Shown here piece after piece: positions 58,057 through 64,000 of a stretch of 64,000 bases of DNA. Numbering within the stretch: the stretch's first letter is position 1; each line of letters begins with the position of its first letter. The notes under the pieces were generated by a model that did no database searches, had not been told where the DNA came from, and saw only the letters and a program-made list of their open reading frames with translations. The stretch comes from Nitrospirota bacterium (GTDB lineage: Bacteria; Nitrospirota; UBA9217), in assembly GCA_963818475.1 (NCBI GenBank), contig CAWFSF010000006.1:160001-224000 (forward strand), written 5' to 3'. The position numbers and the translations under genes are program-made.

Positions 58057-58719
58057 ATGAAAAAAAGGATGAAAATTCTGAGCATCATAATTATTGTGCT
58101 ACTTGGCGTTGCCATTGTCAGCTGGATCAATTTATTGCATCCGGGCTATTTTCAGCTCGAGAAAACTACGAAGAAAGAATTTAACTACAATGTTTTCCCT
58201 TTTACTTCCACCAACTTTTTTAAGAAATACATATTTCCGCAGAAAGTAAGTTCGTTTGTAAATGCCTTTTCAAAGCCAGATGACACCTATATTGATGACA
58301 ATGAAGGCTGCCCTATCGGCCAATTGCACAAATGGCTTCTGAAAGATCAAAACATTGAGCTGCTCGTACTCGGTGACTGTTATAGGCCTGAAGTTGATTA
58401 TTCCGCAAGCACAGGGCTCTATGCTGTCAGGCAACTTGATGATAACGCGCCTACTTCATTCGATGATGTTTGGGGGATTAGACTCGGCGCTTCAGATATC
58501 GAGGTAAAAGAGAAACTGGATCAACTTATTAAGGGGCATCCTGACTTGAATTTGACGCAAGACGCGGAAGGCTCACCAGTGCACTGTCATGTGGCCGGCA
58601 AAATGAAACATCAATATGTTCTCAGCAAGGATGGCAACTATCTCTTTTTCATTATCGATATGAATGATCACCTTGAAACTATCATGTACACAACAATAGA
58701 TGTGCGAGCCGCTTGTTAA
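58057..58719 (+). CDS. Cassette 2: hypothetical protein with N-terminal TM/signal
   Basis: 220 aa ORF, SD GGAGG, no recognised motif. Confidence 0.75.
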   Translation: MKKRMKILSIIIIVLLGVAIVSWINLLHPGYFQLEKTTKKEFNYNVFPFTSTNFFKKYIFPQKVSSFVNAFSKPDDTYIDDNEGCPIGQLHKWLLKDQNIELLVLGDCYRPEVDYSASTGLYAVRQLDDNAPTSFDDVWGIRLGASDIEVKEKLDQLIKGHPDLNLTQDAEGSPVHCHVAGKMKHQYVLSKDGNYLFFIIDMNDHLETIMYTTIDVRAAC

Positions 58720-58741
58720 TTAAAAGCAGCTCGATAAATGA

Positions 58742-58800
58742 TATCAACAAGCGCCTCGACTGCGACGCGCCAAAGGCGGCGCGTCAGGCGCGCGTTATCC
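58742..58800 (+). repeat. attC site 2 (59 bp)
   Basis: TATCAAC...GACGCGCC-AAAGGC-GGCGCGTC...GTTATCC. Confidence 0.88.
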
Positions 58801-58869
58801 TGTGTCGGTATCGACCTGCTGGTTAGTTATGTAACAGCGGGTCGCAAAGTAAAAAGCAAAGGAAACGAT

Positions 58870-59262
58870 ATGACTCCTGATGAAATTAAGAAGCTTTCCG
58901 ATACGGAATTAATCGTAATAACTAAATTATGGAATCCTCTTAATCCAGATTGCGAACTAGCTTTACGTGAGATCTGTCGAAGACAAGAAATAAAAGAAAC
59001 AGAAAATAAATTTCAAATGTCTATCTCCGTCCGGTGGGCTCGGATTGCTGGCATTGCTGCAATTGTTGGAATAGTTGTTCCGTTTTTGCCAATTCAGAAA
59101 TGTAGTACGAATGATAATGGTACGCCTTCCAAGATTGAGCAAAATATCCAACAGCCCACCAGAAATATAATATCTTCATCTTCTTCAAATACGGTTCTTG
59201 ATAATTCCATAAATTTAAAAAAGACTTCAACATATGCCGCTCCTTCACGAAAAAGAAAATGA
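58870..59262 (+). CDS. Cassette 3: hypothetical single-TM protein
   Basis: MTPDEIKK..., central TM, stop abuts attC. Confidence 0.65.
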   Translation: MTPDEIKKLSDTELIVITKLWNPLNPDCELALREICRRQEIKETENKFQMSISVRWARIAGIAAIVGIVVPFLPIQKCSTNDNGTPSKIEQNIQQPTRNIISSSSSNTVLDNSINLKKTSTYAAPSRKRK

Positions 59263-59317
59263 TCCAACCACCGCGTCCACGCCGACCGCTTCGCGGCGTG
59301 TGAACTCGTCGTTATGC
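59262..59317 (+). repeat. attC site 3 (56 bp)
   Basis: ATCCAAC...CACGCC..CCGC-TTC-GCGG.CGTG...GTTATGC. Confidence 0.8.
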
Positions 59318-59338
59318 GCTTACGATAGGTGATATTGA

Positions 59339-60013
59339 ATGATAAATAAAATCGTCTTGATCATGTTGAGCACGACCTTCTTATTTCCAACAGTTGCGGA
59401 CTGCGGGTGGCAGGAAAAAGGAGCGTTGTGGACGTACTTCGACGCTCTATCGAAGAGTGACACAAAACAAATTGATAAATTGCTCAGTCCTGGCTTTGAA
59501 TACCACTATTATAAAAATAATAAACTTGTCAAATTAGACCGAGATAGTGAACTAAAAAGCCTGATGCAGCTATTCAAGGACCTATCCACCGGCAGTTTCG
59601 AACTTCCTGCCCTGTTTGCTCAGGATGAAAATGATGACAACAAATTCTATATAAAGTTGCCAGTTTTTTTCAACGATTCTCCGAAAGTGTATACTGATTC
59701 TCCTTTCCGAGGTGCATTTTTAATAATTGACGAGACACTTATCATCAAGGTAGAAAACGAAAAAATTGTCAGAATTGTTGAGACAAAGGATAAAAAAAGG
59801 AAAAATAAACTTACTTTCGGTTTTTTAAAGACGCTACATCTGGGAAACACGGATGGAGCCAATAGGGAAGAAAAAAATGTGCTGTTCTACGAGATGCGTG
59901 ATGTCAAGACTCGCGAATTGTTGCTGATTAAGAAAATAACCGATGTCCGTCATAAGTATATCGTTGAGACTTACCATTGGCCCAACGGCCAGAAAATAGA
60001 AAACTTCCAATGA
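59339..60013 (+). CDS. Cassette 4: secreted hypothetical protein (possible NTF2-like N-terminus)
   Basis: Signal peptide; YFDAL...D...IDKLLSPGF. Confidence 0.7.
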   Translation: MINKIVLIMLSTTFLFPTVADCGWQEKGALWTYFDALSKSDTKQIDKLLSPGFEYHYYKNNKLVKLDRDSELKSLMQLFKDLSTGSFELPALFAQDENDDNKFYIKLPVFFNDSPKVYTDSPFRGAFLIIDETLIIKVENEKIVRIVETKDKKRKNKLTFGFLKTLHLGNTDGANREEKNVLFYEMRDVKTRELLLIKKITDVRHKYIVETYHWPNGQKIENFQ

Positions 60014-60017
60014 GAGT

Positions 60018-60062
60018 CGATAACAACTCCGTACCTTTAGGCGAAAATAGTCGGCGTTAGGT
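60018..60062 (+). repeat. attC site 4 (shortened/degenerate, 45 bp)
   Basis: GATAAC...GTTAGGT ends present, weak internal stem. Confidence 0.55.
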
Positions 60063-60071
60063 AGGCAACAA

Positions 60072-60437
60072 ATGAACTTAAATAAAATTCAAATAGCAAA
60101 GTATCTTTTTATAGCTAATGCAGTTCTTGTGAGTGTAGGATATGGAGCACTAGCGGGCTTGATGGCCTTTGTATACGACTCAGGACCAGGACCGCATCTA
60201 AAAGCAGCAATGACCGCCTTCTCTATTGTCTTCTTTACACTTGCAATATTTTGGTCGTTGTTTTGCTATGGGGCCTATAAAGGCATAAAAAGCAATAAAC
60301 TATATTTCAAAATCATTTTCTGGTTATTTGTAATGTGTAGCATAGTTTTAGTGGTTTTCCCGGTCGGTACAATGTTTGCTGTTGCTATAATTTACCTTTG
60401 GCGATCTATCAAAAAAGAAGAAACTACTAATGCATAA
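60072..60437 (+). CDS. Cassette 5: multi-pass membrane protein
   Basis: 121 aa, 3-4 hydrophobic segments. Confidence 0.75.
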   Translation: MNLNKIQIAKYLFIANAVLVSVGYGALAGLMAFVYDSGPGPHLKAAMTAFSIVFFTLAIFWSLFCYGAYKGIKSNKLYFKIIFWLFVMCSIVLVVFPVGTMFAVAIIYLWRSIKKEETTNA

Positions 60438-60444
60438 CAAGCCT

Positions 60445-60550
60445 GCCTAACAACACGTCAGAGCTGACGGGGAACACGGTCTGCTTCTCATAGAGCATTC
60501 TACCTGGGCAACCGGCGGTGGCCCGCAGCTCAACTCCCCTGGCGTTAATC
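60445..60550 (+). repeat. attC site 5 (106 bp)
   Basis: GCCTAAC...GAGCTG.CGGG / CCCGCAGCTC...GTTAATC. Confidence 0.85.
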
Positions 60551-60560
60551 CTCAACTGAA

Positions 60561-61130
60561 ATGAGGTGCATGAACATGAAGCAACCTGTATTTCTATCCA
60601 TCTTATTACTGGTGATGCTTCTCAGTAACGCATCAAAATTAAAAGCTGAGGTTCCACCCGAGAAGATACCCTGCTCTTCTATCGCCAATCTCGACCTACA
60701 AAATATCACCATTAACAATATCAAATTTGTCGATGGAGAAGCATGTACATCAGATTCCGATATAATGTCGGATTGTGATTGGGAACATGAAATATCAGGG
60801 AATGAACTTCTCAAGCCGGTCCCAGATAAAGAAGTTCGCATCATCATTATTAACTCCAACCATAAAACGGGAAGTGGAGCTTGGGACACCGTCTTAGTAT
60901 TTGATTGTATTAATGGCGCTGTGAGAAAGGTATTTGAGAATAAATACCTTTATGGTGTCAAAATCGAGAAAATTACAGATGGAGAATTCTTACTGACTTC
61001 CGGCGCGTGGCAGCCAAAAGACCCAATGTGTTGCCCCACAAAAGATAAGCATGAAAGATATCAATGGGATTCGGCTAAGGGTACATATATTCTTGAAAGT
61101 ACGACAACCTCTAAAAAGAAATTGCAATGA
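60561..61130 (+). CDS. Cassette 6: secreted Cys-rich protein (LppP/LprE-like tail)
   Basis: Signal peptide, GSGAW, WQPKDPMCCP. Confidence 0.7.
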   Translation: MRCMNMKQPVFLSILLLVMLLSNASKLKAEVPPEKIPCSSIANLDLQNITINNIKFVDGEACTSDSDIMSDCDWEHEISGNELLKPVPDKEVRIIIINSNHKTGSGAWDTVLVFDCINGAVRKVFENKYLYGVKIEKITDGEFLLTSGAWQPKDPMCCPTKDKHERYQWDSAKGTYILESTTTSKKKLQ

Positions 61131-61187
61131 TTAACCTGGCGCTCGACAGCGACGCGCCAAAGTCGGCGCGTCAGCCGCGCGTTGCTT
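61129..61187 (+). repeat. attC site 6 (59 bp), same family as site 2
   Basis: GATTAAC...GACGCGCC-AAAGTC-GGCGCGTC...GTTGCTT. Confidence 0.88.
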
Positions 61188-61227
61188 TTTATTCTTCCGG
61201 CATGTTCAGACAAAGTAGGCGCGCTTA

Positions 61228-62186
61228 ATGAATCCAAAACAACCTATTAAACTCGGCATCAGCTCCTGCCTCCTGGGCAACAATGTCCGCTACGACGGCG
61301 GGCACAAGCTCGACCCTTATCTGCGCCAGACGCTGGGACAGTTCATCGAGTGGGTGCCGATCTGCCCTGAGGCGGAATGCGGACTGCCTGTTCCGCGGGA
61401 GGCAATGGACCTGGTCGGCGATCCGGAGTTCACCGCGGCCTGATCACCAGGGTCACGGGCGTAGACCATACGGGCCGCATGTTGCAATGGGTGAAGAAAA
61501 AACTGGCTGCACTCGAACGAGAAGACTTATGCGGCTTTGTGCTGAAGGCGCGGTCGCCGAGCTGCGGCGTGCATGATTCGAAGGTCTATTCCAAACCCGG
61601 CAGGGTCGCAAACGGAAGGGCGGGCTTGTTCGCCGAGGCGGTCATGGTCCGCTTTCCTTTCATGCCGGTCGAGGATGAAGAAGGGCTGCAAGACCCTGGC
61701 ATCAGGGAAAATTTCATCGAACGTCTGTTCGTGTATCAGCGATGGCAGGATTCTCTCGGTAAAGGAGGAACGGTCGGACAGCTGGTCGCGTTCCATAGCC
61801 GGCATAAATATATGCTCATGTCGCATAGCGCAAAGCACTTGAAGGAGCTGGGCAGCCTTGTTGCGGATCTCAAGAAGTACAAACGGTCGGAGCTGTACGA
61901 ACGGTATTTCAAAATCCTGATGGAAGGCCTGAACCTGCAGGCAACGGTCAGGAAGCATACCAATGTGCTGCAGCATATGGCAGGGTATTTCAAGAAACAG
62001 CTTACTCCCGCGGAAAAGCTGGAATTGCACGATGTCATCACCCAATACCGCCAGGGCCTTGTCCCGCTCATCGTACCGATCACGCTCATTAACCACTACG
62101 TAAGGAAGTACGACGACCCCTACCTGAAGGAACAGCATTACCTGAATCCTCACCCGCTGGAACTCATGCTCAGGAATCACGCCTGA
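61228..62186 (+). CDS. DUF523 (2-thiouracil desulfurase-like) + DUF1722 protein (frameshift near 61435)
   Basis: GISSCLLG..VRYDGG, CPEAECG..VPR, RSPSCG, FHSRHKY, NVLQHMAGYFK. Confidence 0.88.
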
Positions 62187-62188
62187 TA

Positions 62189-62368
62189 ACCTAACCCGGA
62201 CAAGCCGGAACCAAAATTTGCCACGAAGACTCGAAGTCACGAAGAAAAACGAAAATTGCTTAAGCTACTGTTTTAATAATTGGATTAAGGCCGTAACTTT
62301 GTGTCTTCGTGCCTTCGTGGCAAAATATTCTTGCCGTTTTGAGTAGAATTTGATTCGTAACTAACTAA
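62189..62368 (+). repeat. ~180-bp MITE-like element, same family as 8411-8584; a second CACGAAG hairpin follows to 62490
   Basis: CCTAACCCGGACAAGCCGG...GCCACGAAG / CTTCGTGGC...TTCTTGCC.TTTTGAG...CTAA. Confidence 0.75.
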
Positions 62369-62661
62369 CCTGGACGAACTCATATTTGCCACGAAGGCAC
62401 GAAGGCGCGAAGAAATGTCTGAGTCCTTGAGATTTATGAAATTAACAGGTTTACGGACGTTCTTCGAGTCTTAGTGTCTTCGTGGCGAAAGCCTTAGCCC
62501 GACGTTTATGCCCTCCTGCATGCATAAACACAACAGTTTCCGCAGTTATAACGTTAAAATCCGCTACAAAAGCCCTTCTTTTGCGAGACTTAATTGCTTT
62601 TCGCCTGGATAGTCTGTATAATGTCATTCTTAAAATAGGGACTGAACCACGAAAGGAACAC

Positions 62662-64000
62662 ATGGAAGAGCGTATACAGAAGATCATATCAGCCGCGGGG
62701 GTCACATCGCGCCGCGCTGCGGAAGAGCTTATAGCCGAGGGCAGGGTGCGGGTGAACGGCCAGGTGGTGACCGAACTCGGGACCAAGGCAGACCCGTCCA
62801 AGGACCATATCAAGGTTGACGGCAAACTTATCAATCCCCACCAGCCGCTTACCTATATCATGCTGAACAAACCGGCAGGGTATGTGACGACCATGTCCGA
62901 TCCGGAGGGGCGGCCCACGGTGCAGGACCTGCTCAAAGGGGTCAAGATCAGGGTCTATCCCGTCGGCAGGCTGGACTACAATACCGAAGGGCTTCTGCTG
63001 CTTACGAATGACGGTGATTTCGCCCACCTGGTAACGCACCCCAAACACGAATTCCCCAAGACCTACCTGGCGAAGATCAAGGGTGTGCTCGAGGATGGAG
63101 CGATCGCGGCGCTCGAAGCTGGCGTTTTCCTGAAGGACGGGAAGACCGCGCCTGCGAAGATAAAAAAGATCAGGAAGGAAGAATCCAATTCCTGGCTCGA
63201 GATCACGATCCACGAAGGACGGAAGCGGCAGGTGCGCCGCATGTTCGACCACATGGGGCATACGGTGATCCGTCTCAAAAGGGTCAAGACCGGCGGGCTC
63301 ACGCTGGGCGACCTTCCTGAAGGCAGAATGCGCTATCTGACGCCTGAAGAGGTGGCCATCCTCAGGGCAACGGCCGAGAAGACCGATGTCGGCGGCCAGC
63401 AGGTCAGGGTATACAAGCCGGAGATGAAGAAGCAGAAGGCAGAAGCAAGAGAACTGCAGGGTTCAGGGTCCGGGGTCCAGGGTTCGGGTGGAAGAGAAGA
63501 GAGAATAAACGCAGGTCCAAAGACCATGGTTATGCACGAGACCGGTACCGGCCTCAGGAAGAACCAGCAGGGCAGGCCCGAGAGGAGCGGCAGCTTCGCA
63601 AGGACCAGCGAACCTGGTTTCACCCCACGCACCGCATCCAGCCGGCCGCCGAGGACAGACCGTCCCTCTGCTGCTGGCAGGCCGGCCTCCAGCCGTTCTG
63701 CATCAGGAACGTATGCGCGTAAGCCTGATACCGGGAATCCCGATTGGAAGACATCCCGGCCCCGGCCAGCAGCCGGCGCCCGGCCCGGCACACGACCCGG
63801 TTATTCGAGAAGCAGCGCGCCTGCTCGCGGGGCAAGAGATGAGGTAAGCAGTACCCGTCCCGGAAGTTTCAAACCCCGAAGTGATCGTCCCTATAGCCCG
63901 GGCGCGCGATCTACCTATGATCATGCGGCAACAGGAACGTATGCGCGCAGTGCAGCGCCAGGGACTCCACGCAGCAGGCCGTCAGCGTCCGCATCCGCAC
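62662..64000 (+). CDS. rluB: 23S rRNA pseudouridine synthase (RluB/RsuA family) with long low-complexity tail; runs off window
   Basis: MEERIQKIISAAGVTSRR (S4 domain), LNKPAG, GRLDYNTEGL, EGRKRQVRRM; absent from ORF track because no stop is reached. Confidence 0.9.
   Translation, partial: MEERIQKIISAAGVTSRRAAEELIAEGRVRVNGQVVTELGTKADPSKDHIKVDGKLINPHQPLTYIMLNKPAGYVTTMSDPEGRPTVQDLLKGVKIRVYPVGRLDYNTEGLLLLTNDGDFAHLVTHPKHEFPKTYLAKIKGVLEDGAIAALEAGVFLKDGKTAPAKIKKIRKEESNSWLEITIHEGRKRQVRRMFDHMGHTVIRLKRVKTGGLTLGDLPEGRMRYLTPEEVAILRATAEKTDVGGQQVRVYKPEMKKQKAEARELQGSGSGVQGSGGREERINAGPKTMVMHETGTGLRKNQQGRPERSGSFARTSEPGFTPRTASSRPPRTDRPSAAGRPASSRSASGTYARKPDTGNPDWKTSRPRPAAGARPGTRPGYSRSSAPARGARDEVSSTRPGSFKPRSDRPYSPGARSTYDHAATGTYARSAAPGTPRSRPSASASA

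Larger units (their letters stand above)
57747..61187 (+). mobile_element. Integron cassette array without adjacent integrase (CALIN), 6 cassettes
   Basis: Six attC-like sites (..AAC ... GTT..) separating AT-rich single-ORF units. Confidence 0.88.

Noticed and set aside
58738-58869. Extended N-terminus of the cassette 3 ORF
   Set aside because: It reads through attC site 2; the ATG at 58870 with an upstream AAGGA is more plausible.

Overview
64 kb of bacterial chromosome with GC-rich genes and AT-rich accessory patches. Gene content and order (tilS-hpt-ftsH-folP-cdaA-cdaR-glmM-comEC; leuS-lptE-holA; murJ; lpxC; sigma-54 regulators) suggest a Gram-negative Nitrospirota- or Desulfobacterota-like organism; this is inference only. 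Many essential genes carry single frameshifts (ftsH, glmM, tilS, hpt), so the sequence is probably an unpolished long-read assembly and split ORFs are mostly treated as errors. Non-routine content: (1) a GEMM-I riboswitch with the A20 (cGAMP-type) signature and a visible anti-SD platform upstream of a 7x Ig-repeat surface lipoprotein; (2) a ~10.6 kb integrase-free defence island (type I R-M, VapBC, gene fragments) bounded by a 44-bp direct repeat that duplicates the overlapping 3' ends of lysR and comEC; (3) a probable receiver-domain-LpxC fusion; (4) six attC-bounded integron cassettes with no integrase, preceded by an IS1182-like element and a GTAGATGC repeat cluster; (5) a pervasive set of 7/8/9-mer periodic inverted-repeat elements, some read in-frame inside proteins, one attached to a four-helix-bundle gene, plus nested MITEs; (6) two small Cys-rich ORFs missed by the ORF track. 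No database searches were run; family calls rest on recognised motifs.
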